Source: Azonexus sp. (GTDB taxonomy: Bacteria > Pseudomonadota > Gammaproteobacteria > Burkholderiales > Rhodocyclaceae). Taken from it: a DNA stretch of 64,000 nucleotides. The notes under the pieces are model-generated. The model was given only the letters and a program-made list of their open reading frames with translations, made no database searches and was not told the origin of the DNA. Both the position numbers and the translations under genes were made by a program. Positions 46,912 through 57,299 of this stretch are shown here, piece by piece. The DNA is taken from contig JAYREA010000009.1 in the NCBI GenBank assembly GCA_041909135.1, positions 1,837-65,836 on the forward strand, in the 5' to 3' direction. Each line of letters opens with the position of its first letter. The stretch's first letter is position 1.

Positions 46912-49101
46912 CTACCGCCCTGCCTGGCTTTTGGGCCGCCAACGCTTGAGCAGAAGCGAGTTCGAAACCACCGAAACCGAACTCATTGCCATCGCCGCCC
47001 CCGCCACCACCGGGTTAAGCCACCCCAGGGCAGCCAGCGGAATTCCCAACACATTGTAGATGAAAGCGAAGAAAAGATTTTGCCGGATTTTCCCTAAGGT
47101 GGCCGCCGATAGGGCAATGGCATCAAATACGCCAAGCAGGTCGCTGCGTATCAATGTTAAATCCGCTGCCTCGATAGCCGCATCCGAACCCGCTCCGATG
47201 GCGAAGCTGACATCGGCCGCCGCCAGTGCCGGCGCATCGTTGATGCCGTCGCCGACCATGGCCACAATCCCGCCACCAACCTTCAATTCCTGAACCGCTG
47301 CTGCCTTGTCGCCGGGCAGGATGCCGGCCCGAAATTCGTCAATACCTGCCTCGGCAGCAATCGCCGCTGCCGTTGCCACATTGTCACCGGTCAGCATCAC
47401 CACCCGGATGCCACGCTCGCGCAAACGACTGACGGCGAGCCGCGAGCTTGGCCGCAAGGCATCTGCCACGGCGAAAATAGCCAGGGTCGAGTCACCCTCG
47501 CTCAATGCGACGACAGTTTTGCCAGCCTGCTGCAACGCACCAACCGCCGGGTCGGCCGCCAGCCCCAACCAGGTCGGCGAGCCGAGGCGCAATGCCCGCC
47601 CATCGATCTCGCCTTCGACGCCGCAACCGGGAATCGCCTTGAAGCCAGCTACTTTCCTAGCATCACCGCCCGGCTGGACTGAGTTCCCGGCTGCCACGAT
47701 GGCCTTGGCCAGCGGATGCTCGGAATTCTGCTCAAGCAAGGCCGCCAGACGGAGCGCTTCATCGCCGGCCAGCGCATGCGGCACCACATCGGTCACCTGC
47801 GGCAGGCCGCAGGTCAGCGTGCCAGTCTTGTCCAGCGCCAGCACGGTGATGCGCTCAGCCCGTTCGAGCGCTTCGGCATTCCTGACCAGAATGCCGGCCC
47901 GAGCCCCCTGCCCGGTACCGACCATGATCGCGGTCGGTGTGGCCAGACCCAGCGCGCACGGACAGGCGATGACCAACACGGCCACAGCATTGACCAAGGC
48001 CTCGGCAAAATCACCGGAATAAATCCACCAGCCGGCAAAGGTCACGAGCGCAATGGCGCACACAGTCGGCACGAAGATCGACGAAATCCTGTCAGCCAGA
48101 CGCTGCACCGGTGCCTTCGATCCTTGCGCCTCGCCGACCAGCCGGATAATGCCGGCCAGCAAGGTGTGCTCGCCAACACCGGTCGCCCGGCAGCGCAAGG
48201 CGCCCTGCCCGTTGGCCGTGGCAGCAAAGACCTTGTCGCCGGCCCGCTTGCCCAGCGGCATGCTTTCGCCGGTCAGCATGGCCTCATTGACGCTCGATTC
48301 ACCATCGACCACCTCACCGTCGACCGGCACGCTTTCGCCCGGACGCACCAGGAAGACATCGCCCGGCATCAGCGCTTCAACAGCCATTTCCACCCACTGG
48401 CCGTCACGTTCGACGCGCGCCGTCTTCGGCTGCAAGCGGATCAGCGACTCAATGGCTTCGGAGGTTCTCGCCTTGGCCCGTGCTTCGAGCAACTTGCCGA
48501 GCAGAACCAGCGTGATCACCGCTGCCCCGCCCTCGAAATAGACGTGCTGACTGAGGCCAAACAACGTCACAACCGTCGAAAAGCCCCAGGCCATGCTGGT
48601 GCCCAGCGCGACCAGCACATCCATGTTGGCACCTCCACCGCGCAAGGCCTTGTAAGCACCGTCGTAGAAACGCCAGCCGATCCAGAACTGGACCGGCGTC
48701 GCCAGCACCAGTTGCAGCCAGCGCGGTAGTTCGTTTTCGTGACCGTGCTCGCCAAACATGAACAGCATCTGCCCGACCAGCGGCAAGGTGAGCCCCACGG
48801 CAATCCAGAAGCGCCGGATTTCCCGCTGATAAACACGCAGCTTCTCAGCCTTTTCGCGTTCGCGCGTCTGGCTATCGACCAACTCGGCCGTGAACCCGGC
48901 CTTCGCCACCGCCGCCACCACGGCAGCCTCATCGGCCGTAGCTGACAGTCGTACCCGGGCACGCTCGGCGGCCAGATTGACATTGGCCTGCATGCCGGCT
49001 TGCCGATTCAGGACTTTTTCAAGGCGAGCCGAACACGCAGCACAGGTCATGCCGCCAATGGCAAACTCGACAACCCTGCCCCGGTCGGTCTCTTCGCTCA
49101 T
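46912..49101 (-). CDS. Cu(I)-type P1B ATPase (CopA/CcoI-like)
   Basis: GMTCAAC, TGES, CPC, DKTGT, HP, GDGIND, YN, MAMSS. Confidence 0.94.
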   Translation of the reverse strand: MSEETDRGRVVEFAIGGMTCAACSARLEKVLNRQAGMQANVNLAAERARVRLSATADEAAVVAAVAKAGFTAELVDSQTREREKAEKLRVYQREIRRFWIAVGLTLPLVGQMLFMFGEHGHENELPRWLQLVLATPVQFWIGWRFYDGAYKALRGGGANMDVLVALGTSMAWGFSTVVTLFGLSQHVYFEGGAAVITLVLLGKLLEARAKARTSEAIESLIRLQPKTARVERDGQWVEMAVEALMPGDVFLVRPGESVPVDGEVVDGESSVNEAMLTGESMPLGKRAGDKVFAATANGQGALRCRATGVGEHTLLAGIIRLVGEAQGSKAPVQRLADRISSIFVPTVCAIALVTFAGWWIYSGDFAEALVNAVAVLVIACPCALGLATPTAIMVGTGQGARAGILVRNAEALERAERITVLALDKTGTLTCGLPQVTDVVPHALAGDEALRLAALLEQNSEHPLAKAIVAAGNSVQPGGDARKVAGFKAIPGCGVEGEIDGRALRLGSPTWLGLAADPAVGALQQAGKTVVALSEGDSTLAIFAVADALRPSSRLAVSRLRERGIRVVMLTGDNVATAAAIAAEAGIDEFRAGILPGDKAAAVQELKVGGGIVAMVGDGINDAPALAAADVSFAIGAGSDAAIEAADLTLIRSDLLGVFDAIALSAATLGKIRQNLFFAFIYNVLGIPLAALGWLNPVVAGAAMAMSSVSVVSNSLLLKRWRPKSQAGR

Positions 49102-49523
49102 TTGACCAGCAACACCGGACACAGCGAGAGGTGCAGCACACGAGTCGCCACCGACCCCATGACGATACCCGCCGCGACGCTACGACCATGCGTGCCCATC
49201 ACGATCAGATCGCAAGCCAGGTCACCGGCCATTTTGCTGATCACCTCGGCCGGCTGACCGACATGAATATGCGTTGTGTGGAAACGCCCGGCCGCATCCA
49301 ACTTCCGCTGTGCCTCGACGAGCAGCTCCTGCCCTTCTTCCAGATAGTAGGCGTGCAGTGTTTCCTTGCCGACATGGGCTTGCACCCGCCCTATCGGAAT
49401 CGGCGCATGAACATGCAACAGGTGAATTTCCGGCACATCGCGGAACCAGGCCGCATGGCCAATCAGGTGATCGACAGCGCGCAGCGCACAGGCCGAACCA
49501 TCAACCGGCAACAAAATCTTCAT
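49098..49523 (-). CDS. Universal stress protein
   Basis: [28 protein letters not shown]. Confidence 0.92.
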   Translation of the reverse strand: MKILLPVDGSACALRAVDHLIGHAAWFRDVPEIHLLHVHAPIPIGRVQAHVGKETLHAYYLEEGQELLVEAQRKLDAAGRFHTTHIHVGQPAEVISKMAGDLACDLIVMGTHGRSVAAGIVMGSVATRVLHLSLCPVLLVK

Positions 49524-49537
49524 GGTGTTTTCCCATC

Positions 49538-50209
49538 CTAAAGCCCGCCTGACAGACGCATCAGGCCGAGGAATCCGTATAAACCAAAGCCTAGCACCAA
49601 CAAGCCGGAGAGGGTACGCACAATGGGGCGACGAACGAATTCGTTAAGCCGGGCCAGCACAATGCCGGCCAGCAAAAGATTGGGCAAGGTACCGAGCCCG
49701 AAGGCCAGCATCGTCAGCGCACCACGCCCGGCCGAACCAGTGCTCAAGGCTGTAGCCAAGGCGCTGTAGACCAGGCCGCAGGGCAGCCAGCCCCACAGCA
49801 CGCCCAAAGGAAAGGCCTGGGCCACGCTGCGCACGGGGAGAAAACGACGGGTCAAAGGTTGCAGGCGCCCCCACAGGCTCTGTCCCGCCCGTTCGGTGAA
49901 GGCCAACGCCCTGGTCACGCCGAGCAAATAGAGCCCCATCGCCACCAGCATCAGGTTGGCAACGAAATAGAGAATCAGGCGGGCTGGCACCTGGCCTTCA
50001 AGCCCAATGCTGGCAGCCCCCAGCGCCCCGGCGATAGCGCCGGCCGCTGCATAGGAAAGAATGCGCCCGCCGTTGTAGGCAAGGTGCATGGACCAGCGCG
50101 CCTGCCCGCCCATCGAGAGGGCGCCAACGATGCCGCCGCACATGCCGACGCAGTGGGTACCGCCGAGCAGACCGACAAGAAAAAGTGCGAGATAGCCGGA
50201 ATCAGGCAT
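49538..50209 (-). CDS. DsbD_2/TauE-like membrane protein (cbb3 oxidase biogenesis-associated)
   Basis: HCVGMCG, YN.GR, WGWLPCGLVY, FGLGTLP. Confidence 0.88.
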   Translation of the reverse strand: MPDSGYLALFLVGLLGGTHCVGMCGGIVGALSMGGQARWSMHLAYNGGRILSYAAAGAIAGALGAASIGLEGQVPARLILYFVANLMLVAMGLYLLGVTRALAFTERAGQSLWGRLQPLTRRFLPVRSVAQAFPLGVLWGWLPCGLVYSALATALSTGSAGRGALTMLAFGLGTLPNLLLAGIVLARLNEFVRRPIVRTLSGLLVLGFGLYGFLGLMRLSGGL

Positions 50210-50273
50210 CGTGCAAACCCGTAGTCACCGAAGCAGGCAGTTTACCCTGCCTGCCCGGTGCTACGCACGGCGA

Positions 50274-51677
50274 TCAGATGACCTTGGAGTAGGTTGCCCG
50301 CTGACGTCCGGCCCGCAGATAGCGGTCGAAGACCATGGAAATGATGCGCACCAGCAAGCGTCCCGGAGGCAGGACGGTAATCCATTCGCGCTCGATCTTG
50401 AGCAAGCCGGCTCGTTCCATTTCCTTCATGTCTTCGAGTTCGGCAGCGAAATACTTGTGGAAGTCGATCAGATGGGCGCTTTCAATGCTTTCGATAGACA
50501 ACTCAAAATGGCACATCAGCGCCTGGATGATCGAACGGCGCAGAATATCGTCAGCCGTCAGTTCGATACCGCGGAAAACCGGCAGCGCACCGGTATCCAG
50601 ACGGTCGTAGTACTCGTCGGCCGTCTTGACGTTCTGATAATAGGTCGGCCCGACCTTGCTGATCGACGAGATGCCGAAAGACAACATGTCGCAGTCGGCG
50701 TAGGTCGAATAGCCCTGGAAGTTGCGGTGCAGGCGGCCCTGACGCTGGGCAACTGCCAGTTCGTCATCCGGCTTGGCAAAGTGATCCATGCCAATGAAGA
50801 CATAACCCGCATCGGTCAGTTTCTTGATGGCCAGCGCCAGAATCTGCAGCTTGGTATCGGCCGACGGCAGATCGCCTTCATTGATCCGGCGCTGCGGCTT
50901 GAACATGCCGGGCATGTGCGCGTAGTTGTAGATCGACAGGCGGTCTGGATCCATCGCCAGCACGCGTTCCAGCGTCCGGTTGAAGCCCATCACCGTCTGG
51001 TGCGGCAGACCGTAGATCAGATCGACGGACACCGACTTGAAGCCGTTGGCCCGCGCATCGCGAATGACGCTGTAGGTTTCTTCTTCGCTCTGGACGCGAT
51101 TAACGGCGACCTGTACCTTTTCGTCGAAATCCTGGACGCCGACGCTCATGCGGTTGAAACCGAGCTCGCCCAAGAGGGCGACCGTGGCTGTATCAACCTT
51201 GCGCGGATCGACTTCGATCGAATATTCACCACCGTCGAGCAACTTGAAGTGCTTGCGGGTTTCGCCCATCAGCTGGCGCATCTCGCTGTGCGACAGGAAG
51301 GTCGGCGTACCACCGCCCCAATGCAGCTGGATGACCTCATGCTCACCATCGCGACCTTCGAGCGCCGCCGCCTGAATATCGAGCTCCTTGGCCAGATATT
51401 TCAGGTATTTGGCGCTGCGCCCGTGATCCTTGGTGATGATCTTGTTACAGGCACAGTAGTAGCAAATAGTGTTACAGAACGGGATGTGGAAGTATAATGA
51501 AAGAGGTCGACTGATCCCGCCGATGTTGCGCTTGCCAAGCCAGAGCTTGGCGGCATCGGAGTCGAAAGCCTCGACAAAGCGGTCGGCCGTCGGATAGGAC
51601 GTGTACCGGGGGCCGTTGACGTCAAAGCGGCGAATGATCTGCGGATCGAAGACGAGGTTTTCAGTTGCGAAATTCAT
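50274..51677 (-). CDS. hemN: Oxygen-independent coproporphyrinogen III oxidase
   Basis: GPRYTSYPTA, CNTICYYCAC radical-SAM motif, GGGTPT, RNFQGY. Confidence 0.96.
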   Translation of the reverse strand: MNFATENLVFDPQIIRRFDVNGPRYTSYPTADRFVEAFDSDAAKLWLGKRNIGGISRPLSLYFHIPFCNTICYYCACNKIITKDHGRSAKYLKYLAKELDIQAAALEGRDGEHEVIQLHWGGGTPTFLSHSEMRQLMGETRKHFKLLDGGEYSIEVDPRKVDTATVALLGELGFNRMSVGVQDFDEKVQVAVNRVQSEEETYSVIRDARANGFKSVSVDLIYGLPHQTVMGFNRTLERVLAMDPDRLSIYNYAHMPGMFKPQRRINEGDLPSADTKLQILALAIKKLTDAGYVFIGMDHFAKPDDELAVAQRQGRLHRNFQGYSTYADCDMLSFGISSISKVGPTYYQNVKTADEYYDRLDTGALPVFRGIELTADDILRRSIIQALMCHFELSIESIESAHLIDFHKYFAAELEDMKEMERAGLLKIEREWITVLPPGRLLVRIISMVFDRYLRAGRQRATYSKVI

Positions 51678-51731
51678 TAGGCAAGCCATCAAAAGTTGAT
51701 CGGATTATGTTCGGATGGCATGGTTTTGCGG

Positions 51732-51745
51732 TTGACTTGGATCAA
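51732..51745. promoter_or_regulatory. FNR box between hemN and fnr
   Basis: TTGAC-TTGG-ATCAA vs consensus TTGAT-N4-ATCAA. Confidence 0.85.
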
Positions 51746-51762
51746 GCTAACGCAGGTTGCCA

Positions 51763-52506
51763 ATGGCACATACACACCCATTAAATCAGGAAATCTCGCT
51801 GTCCGTCATCAAGACAGCCTGTTCGAATTGTAATCTGCGCGAATTGTGCCTGCCCTTCGGCCTGAGCACGGAAGAACTTGAGCGCCTGGACGATCTGGTT
51901 TCCACTCGTCGCCGCATCAAGCGCGGCGATCATCTCTACCGCGCCGGCGAGGGTTTTGACGCCATTTACGCCATCCGCAGCGGTTTTTTCAAGACGGACG
52001 TGCTGCTCGAAGACGGCCGTGACCAGGTCACCGGTTTCCAGATGGCCGGCGAACTGCTCGGGCTCGACGGCATCAGTACCGAACACCATACCTGTAACGC
52101 GATTGCGCTCGAAGACAGCGAGATCTGCGCCATTCCGTTTTCCCGGCTGGAAGGTCTGTCGCGCGAAATCCATACGCTGCAACATCATTTCCACAAGGTG
52201 ATGAGCCGGGAAATCGTTCGCGATCATGGCGTGATGATGCTGCTCGGCACCATGCGGGCTGAAGAGCGCTTGGCCGCCTTCCTGCTCAACCTGTCGCAGC
52301 GCTTCACCGCCCGTGGCTTCTCGCATGCCGAGTTCTATCTGCGCATGACGCGCGAGGAGATCGGCAGCTACCTCGGCCTGAAGCTTGAAACAGTGTCTCG
52401 GGCTTTCTCCAAGTTTCAGGAAGAAGGCTACATCGCTGTCCAGCAGAAACACATCCGGATTCTGAACGTCAGTGGCCTGAAGGCACTGATGAATCACCGC
52501 GCCTGA
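51763..52506 (+). CDS. fnr: O2-sensing regulator FNR
   Basis: CSNC...C N-terminal cluster cysteines, central Cys, ETVSR recognition helix. Confidence 0.95.
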   Translation: MAHTHPLNQEISLSVIKTACSNCNLRELCLPFGLSTEELERLDDLVSTRRRIKRGDHLYRAGEGFDAIYAIRSGFFKTDVLLEDGRDQVTGFQMAGELLGLDGISTEHHTCNAIALEDSEICAIPFSRLEGLSREIHTLQHHFHKVMSREIVRDHGVMMLLGTMRAEERLAAFLLNLSQRFTARGFSHAEFYLRMTREEIGSYLGLKLETVSRAFSKFQEEGYIAVQQKHIRILNVSGLKALMNHRA

Positions 52507-52509
52507 GGC

Positions 52510-52974
52510 CTACCAGCGCAGCCTGGCCAGTTCTCCTGCCCGTTCGAGCAACCTGAACAGCAAGGCATCGGCTTTGGCGCGAGCCGGTGTTGCGCCGCCA
52601 GTGGCGCGGTAGGCCATCATCACCCGCTCGGGGTCAGCCGCCGTCACGTAGATCGCGACAGACAAGGGACAGAAGGCAATCTGGGCCGGATCTTCGCTCA
52701 CCATCTGCCGCGCTATCCCGGCGCTGCAGAACTGGACTATCTCTGCTTCGGCATACGGACTTGCTACAGCCTCACCGGCACCGGCGGTTCGATCGAGCAT
52801 CCTGCCAAACGGAATAACCGCCCCAACAACCAGCCCCTCGGCCTCCACGGCTTCAACAAGCGCCTCGTGGGTTGCGCGGAAATCGCTGCCTTCTACGGCG
52901 AGAGAAACCACCCCGTCGCCGGCATGGCCATGACCGATCCAGAGCAGCAGCAGGCCAAGCCGGAAAATACGCAA
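52510..52974 (-). CDS. DUF302-like exported protein (start uncertain)
   Basis: FC......CP motif; signal-like N-terminus from TTG 52974. The longer ORF start overlaps a terminator. Confidence 0.7.
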   Translation of the reverse strand: MRIFRLGLLLLWIGHGHAGDGVVSLAVEGSDFRATHEALVEAVEAEGLVVGAVIPFGRMLDRTAGAGEAVASPYAEAEIVQFCSAGIARQMVSEDPAQIAFCPLSVAIYVTAADPERVMMAYRATGGATPARAKADALLFRLLERAGELARLRW

Positions 52975-53002
52975 AAAACAGGGCACCCCGAGGGGCGCCC
53001 TG
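52973..53002 (-). terminator. Terminator after the porin gene
   Basis: Minus strand CAGGGCGCCCC-tc-GGGGTGCCCTG-TTTTTT. Confidence 0.8.
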
Positions 53003-53054
53003 AACAGATGAGAGCAAACCATCTGACGCAAGAAATACTCTTTGAACGGGGCGA

Positions 53055-54290
53055 TCAGAAGAAAATCAGACCGCCCACCGAGAACGTACGGTTCTTGTTG
53101 TCGTAGTTGGTGTCGAGCACGTTGGTGATGCGCTCGTCGTTGATTTCGCCGACCAGGGTGATGTACTTGTTCAGCGAGTGATAAACACCAACCGTCACGG
53201 CGCGGTTCTTGATCTGGTTGTCCGGCGTGGCACGAGTGCCGCGGAGGCTGGTCAAGGTATAACCATCCTTGTCCTTGTTCTGGCCGAAGTTGATGCCCAC
53301 CTTGGTCGCGCCGAACTTGTAGGTACCCTGCAGGAAATAGCCCTGCGATTCCGTCTTGTTGCCGTTGCCATCGCTGCCGCCAAAGAACTGGGCACCAACG
53401 GTGGACAGCCCCAGACCGGTTCCCTTGAAGCCGTAGGCAACTGCCTCGAAATCGCCGAAACCAGCCTTGGCACCGACTTCATAGCCGGTCCCGGTAAAGG
53501 ACTTGGTCGTGCACGGATCGACCGAGCAACTGGTCGATTGCGTCACCAGGCCGCCCCAGACCTTGCCCGGCATGCTGCCCTTCCAGTCATAGTCAATCTT
53601 GGCCTGGAAGCCCGGGGTCTTGGTTTCGTCGCCGGCGAACTTGCTCGGCTGGAAGATGCCGGCGGAAGCCTGCAGGCCGCCCATGCTCGGGGTCGTGTAG
53701 GTGATTTGCGGCTGGAAGCCGGTGTACATGTAACCGTGGCCGATCATGCCGAAGGTGGTGTTGTACGGAATACCGGCGTTGCTGGTGCCGCCGACGCCAA
53801 GCAGGGTCATGTCGGACAGGATGATGTTCTGGCCGAACAGGCCGATGTCACGACCGAATTTCAAGGTACCCCAGCTGTTGTTGCCGAACTGGAAATACAC
53901 ATTACGCGTGTCGATCTGGCTGTACGGATTGGTCGTACCGGCGCCATCGGCGTTATTGCCAATCGGCAGGCCGACGGTCTGTGAGTTGCTATTGATGCCA
54001 GGGGCGAAGCTGATGTGCGCCTTGATGTCCTGGCCGTTGGCCTGGGTGGTGGCGACAAAGTTGATCCAGCCCGGCAACAAGCCGTTGGTCAGTTCGCTAT
54101 TGGTGGTTGTCGTCGAGCGGCCGGTAATGCGGTCGGTCGTCTTGGCGTCGCGCACGACATAGAAACCGTTGATGGTGCCGTTGATGTCGAGCGTGACATC
54201 ATTCTGCGTGAAGCTGACGGCCTGGCTGGCGGTGCTGCCACAGGCCAGCAGGGCGAGAACCAGAGGACGAACGGACGGGATTTTCTTCAT
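53055..54290 (-). CDS. Gram-negative general porin
   Basis: Signal peptide MKKIPSV, WGTLKFGRDIG, PQITYTTP, terminal F; GGAG RBS. Confidence 0.88.
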   Translation of the reverse strand: MKKIPSVRPLVLALLACGSTASQAVSFTQNDVTLDINGTINGFYVVRDAKTTDRITGRSTTTTNSELTNGLLPGWINFVATTQANGQDIKAHISFAPGINSNSQTVGLPIGNNADGAGTTNPYSQIDTRNVYFQFGNNSWGTLKFGRDIGLFGQNIILSDMTLLGVGGTSNAGIPYNTTFGMIGHGYMYTGFQPQITYTTPSMGGLQASAGIFQPSKFAGDETKTPGFQAKIDYDWKGSMPGKVWGGLVTQSTSCSVDPCTTKSFTGTGYEVGAKAGFGDFEAVAYGFKGTGLGLSTVGAQFFGGSDGNGNKTESQGYFLQGTYKFGATKVGINFGQNKDKDGYTLTSLRGTRATPDNQIKNRAVTVGVYHSLNKYITLVGEINDERITNVLDTNYDNKNRTFSVGGLIFF

Positions 54291-54578
54291 GAAAAGTCTC
54301 CAGATGTTTTTCGTTGATATGTGCCGCCCGGGTTTTCTCCCCGGACAATTTCCCCCGCTGCCATCTCTGCGATGGCATGGAACACCCTTGTTCGCGAAGC
54401 GCGTGCCAGGCAGCACAAAAAACAAATCAATCCCGCCAAAACCCTGATGCACAGGTCTTTTCAGTGTTTACACAAAGCCCAATAAAAAGCCCGAATATGC
54501 GCAATAAGTCGTTCATTTTCTGGACAATTGCTGCACGCCTGAGCCAAAACGAAGCAGCAAAACCATGGCGCAAAAAGC

Positions 54579-54604
54579 AAAAAAGCCCGGACATCGCCGG
54601 GCTT
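54579..54604 (-). terminator. Terminator after the YncD-like TBDR
   Basis: Minus strand AAGCCCGG-loop-CCGGGCTTTTTT. Confidence 0.78.
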
Positions 54605-54624
54605 GGTTGGGGTGAAACAGGGGA

Positions 54625-56781
54625 TCAGAAAGTGTAGCGGGCGCTGACCCCGGCCAGCCAGGTACGCCCCGGTGCCGATTCATAGAAACGGCCATTGCTG
54701 TCACCGACAATGACCGAGCCAACGTACTGGCGGTCGAAAATATTGTCGAAGCGCAGGAAGCCGCGCAGGGCAAGCGGGCCGAGCTTGCGATCAATGCCGA
54801 AGCGAAGATTGGCGATGGCATAGCCCGGCGCTGCTTTCTGGAGGTTGCTGTCCTCGACATAGACCTTGCTACGAATGATGCCTTCGACCGCGGCATGAAA
54901 CCCGGTCGGCTGGTGCTTCCAGGCCACTTCCCCAAACAGGTTCTGGGCAGCCACACCCGGCAAACGGCTACCGGCACTGACGGCACCGGTCGAGGTCGTG
55001 AATCGCTCGGCGTAATGGGCGTCAAGGTAGGTATAGGCCAGGCGGCTGCTCAGTTGTTCGGCCCAGCGGCTATCAAGTGCCATTTCCAGACCGCGCCGCT
55101 CGGTCTTGCCAGCGTTCTGGTAGGCCGTCCGGCCACCGCTGCTCGACAGCACCACCAGTTCATCCTGCGTCTTGATCTCGAACAGCGCCACATCGAGACG
55201 GCTGGCATTGCCGAGCATGGCCTTGAGGCCGGTTTCGTAATGCGTGCTGGTGGCTGGCTTCAGCGAGAAATTGAACGAGCCGCCACCATCCGAATAGAAC
55301 ATCTCGTTGAACGTCGGCGCCTCGAATCCACGCGCCGCACTGGCGTAGAGATTGACGCTGTCGGTCAGGCGATAGAGGGCGGCCACTGTCGGCGTGGTTT
55401 TTTCATAGCTGACGCGACCGCTGTCATTACCGTTGCCGGAAACAATGTATAGATCATCGACCTTGAAGGCGATACGGCTATGGCGCAGACCGCCGCTGAA
55501 GGTCCAGCGCTCGCCCTGCCATTCGGCCTGAGCGTACTGATCGAAGGTGGCAACGCGATCCTCCTCGTTGCGCCGCATACGTCCCGCCACACCGCAAATG
55601 TTGGCAATACAGTTGGCCGGCACCCCGCTACCAAGGAAGTTCTCGTAGCCTTGCCGATCGTCGGTGGCCTGTTCGTAGTCAAAACCTAGCGTTGTCGTCA
55701 GACGACCCCCGGCCAGCCCGAAGCGGCCGGTCCAGCGAGCGGACAGGCCGGCGAATTCGCGGTCAAAATCGATGATGCCGCCGGACTGCTTGGCCGGGGC
55801 CTGTGCGCCGACCGGGATCGACTGGTATTGAGTCGTCGAGCGTTGTCCGGCGTAAGCCGAAACCTGCACGGTCTGATCGCCAAAACGATGCTCGTAGGTC
55901 AAGCCGCCCTGCGCATGGTCGATACTTTTGCGCGTGTCGTAGGCCAGTGCCGGGTAGTTATTCCGGGTCGAATCCCAGGCCACGCCGCGCGGGTTGGACT
56001 GAAACTCTTTCCACTGTAAGCCCTGCGGGTCCTGCGCATCCTGCCGGAAGGTGTTGGCGATGAAGGTCAGCTTGCCATCCTGGCTCGGCCGGAAGGTCAG
56101 CTTGGCCATGGTCTGGTCGCGCTCGGCGGCGCTGTGGTCGCGGTAGCCATCGGTCGCAAAACGCGAAGCATCGATGACATAGCCAATCCCCCCTATCTCG
56201 CCCTGAGCGCTGATGTCGCTTTTCCACGTGCCATAGCTGCCGGCGGCGAAGCTGCCTTCGACACTGGGCGCCCCCTTGCCATCCGGCGTAAACATCTGGA
56301 TCACCCCGCCGGCATGGTTGCCGTAGATGGCCGACATCGGCCCGCGCATGACTTCGATACGCTCGGCCCGGTCGAGGTTGAAGGTGGCGGCCTGCCCTTG
56401 TCCATCCGGCATCGATGCCGGGATGCCATCAGAAACCAGGCGAATGCCACGCACACCGAAAGCCGAGCGGGCACCGAAGCCGCGTGAGGAAATCTGCAGA
56501 TCCTGCGCGTAGTTCTGGCGGTTCTGCACGGTGATACCGGGCACCGCAGCCAAGGCCTCGGAGGCATTGACGCGGGCCTGATCGGCGCCGATCCGACTGG
56601 CATCGACGACATCAATGGCAGCGGGCAGATCGAAGCTGTTGTGTTCGACGCGGCTGCCGGTGACGACGACCGAGTCCAGCGTCAGCGCAGCATCGGCCAT
56701 GGCAAGACCGGAAAAAGCTGCGGCCAGCAGGGTGACAAGATGGCAAGGCCGGGCAAGTCGGGAAGGAAGGTGCTTTGTCAT
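54625..56781 (-). CDS. TonB-dependent receptor, YncD/PqqU-like
   Basis: NRQNYAQDLQISSRGFGARSAFGVRG, DGIPA.MPDGQG, GSVIV, APGR, terminal F. Confidence 0.9.
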   Translation of the reverse strand: MTKHLPSRLARPCHLVTLLAAAFSGLAMADAALTLDSVVVTGSRVEHNSFDLPAAIDVVDASRIGADQARVNASEALAAVPGITVQNRQNYAQDLQISSRGFGARSAFGVRGIRLVSDGIPASMPDGQGQAATFNLDRAERIEVMRGPMSAIYGNHAGGVIQMFTPDGKGAPSVEGSFAAGSYGTWKSDISAQGEIGGIGYVIDASRFATDGYRDHSAAERDQTMAKLTFRPSQDGKLTFIANTFRQDAQDPQGLQWKEFQSNPRGVAWDSTRNNYPALAYDTRKSIDHAQGGLTYEHRFGDQTVQVSAYAGQRSTTQYQSIPVGAQAPAKQSGGIIDFDREFAGLSARWTGRFGLAGGRLTTTLGFDYEQATDDRQGYENFLGSGVPANCIANICGVAGRMRRNEEDRVATFDQYAQAEWQGERWTFSGGLRHSRIAFKVDDLYIVSGNGNDSGRVSYEKTTPTVAALYRLTDSVNLYASAARGFEAPTFNEMFYSDGGGSFNFSLKPATSTHYETGLKAMLGNASRLDVALFEIKTQDELVVLSSSGGRTAYQNAGKTERRGLEMALDSRWAEQLSSRLAYTYLDAHYAERFTTSTGAVSAGSRLPGVAAQNLFGEVAWKHQPTGFHAAVEGIIRSKVYVEDSNLQKAAPGYAIANLRFGIDRKLGPLALRGFLRFDNIFDRQYVGSVIVGDSNGRFYESAPGRTWLAGVSARYTF

Positions 56782-56964
56782 TTTGTCTCCTGGGTATGCG
56801 AGGCAACCCCTCAGTTGCCGTGGAGACCATTATTTGCCAACGCCCAGCCTGTCACATCGTGACTATCGCCCGAGTTGCCTACAGAAAATCATGAGAATCG
56901 AAGCAACGGGCAGCGATCTGGATGCCTTGTCGCCAGGAGAGATGGTCACGACAACCCGGAAAAG

Positions 56965-56996
56965 CAAAAGGCCCACTCCGAAGAATGGGCCTTTTG
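56965..56996 (-). terminator. Terminator of the tRNA pair
   Basis: CAAAAGGCCCA...TGGGCCTTTTG hairpin. Confidence 0.75.
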
Positions 56997-57038
56997 GCAG
57001 CATCGACGACGATGAAGAATCGTCGCCAAGGCGATGTC

Positions 57039-57114
57039 TGGAGCGGCAGAAGAGTCTCGAACTCTCGACCTCAACCTTGGCAAGGTTGCGCTCTACCAAC
57101 TGAGCTACTGCCGC
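57039..57114 (-). tRNA. tRNA-Gly(GCC)
   Basis: 76 nt, GCGGCAG acceptor stem, anticodon loop TTGCCAA, TTCGAG T-loop, CCA end. Confidence 0.95.
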
Positions 57115-57120
57115 TTTTTT

Positions 57121-57196
57121 TGGCTCCCCGACCTGGGCTCGAACCAGGGACCTACGGATTAACAGTCCGGCGCTCTACCGACTGAGCTATCGAGGA
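57121..57196 (-). tRNA. tRNA-Asn(GTT)
   Basis: 76 nt, TCCTCGA 5' end, anticodon loop CTGTTAA, GTTCGAG, CCA end. Confidence 0.95.
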
Positions 57197-57299
57197 AAAG
57201 GCGCGCATTATAAATCGGTCTGGCTGCTTTGCAAGCCCTTTGGACAAGCAATTTGATCGAACTGAATCACTGACCTCGATCAGGCCCGTCGATTACCGA

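Noticed and set aside
49780-49795. Single CAGCCAGCC-like matches inside coding regions (also near 55251 and 61981)
   Set aside because: Unpaired, inside CDSs and explained by codon content; not counted as members of the leader motif.
54394-54408. Sigma54-like -24/-12 element (TGGCAC-N5-TCGC, minus strand) upstream of the porin
   Set aside because: The -12 element deviates from TTGC and no activator gene is nearby; too weak to call.
56790-56900. Riboswitch upstream of the YncD-like TBDR
   Set aside because: Only a short hairpin and a GTCAC-N3-GTGAC palindrome; no cobalamin or TPP core motifs recognised.
57039-57196. tRNA genes as an island integration site
   Set aside because: No integrase and no duplicated tRNA 3' end seen in the window; flanking genes look host-like.
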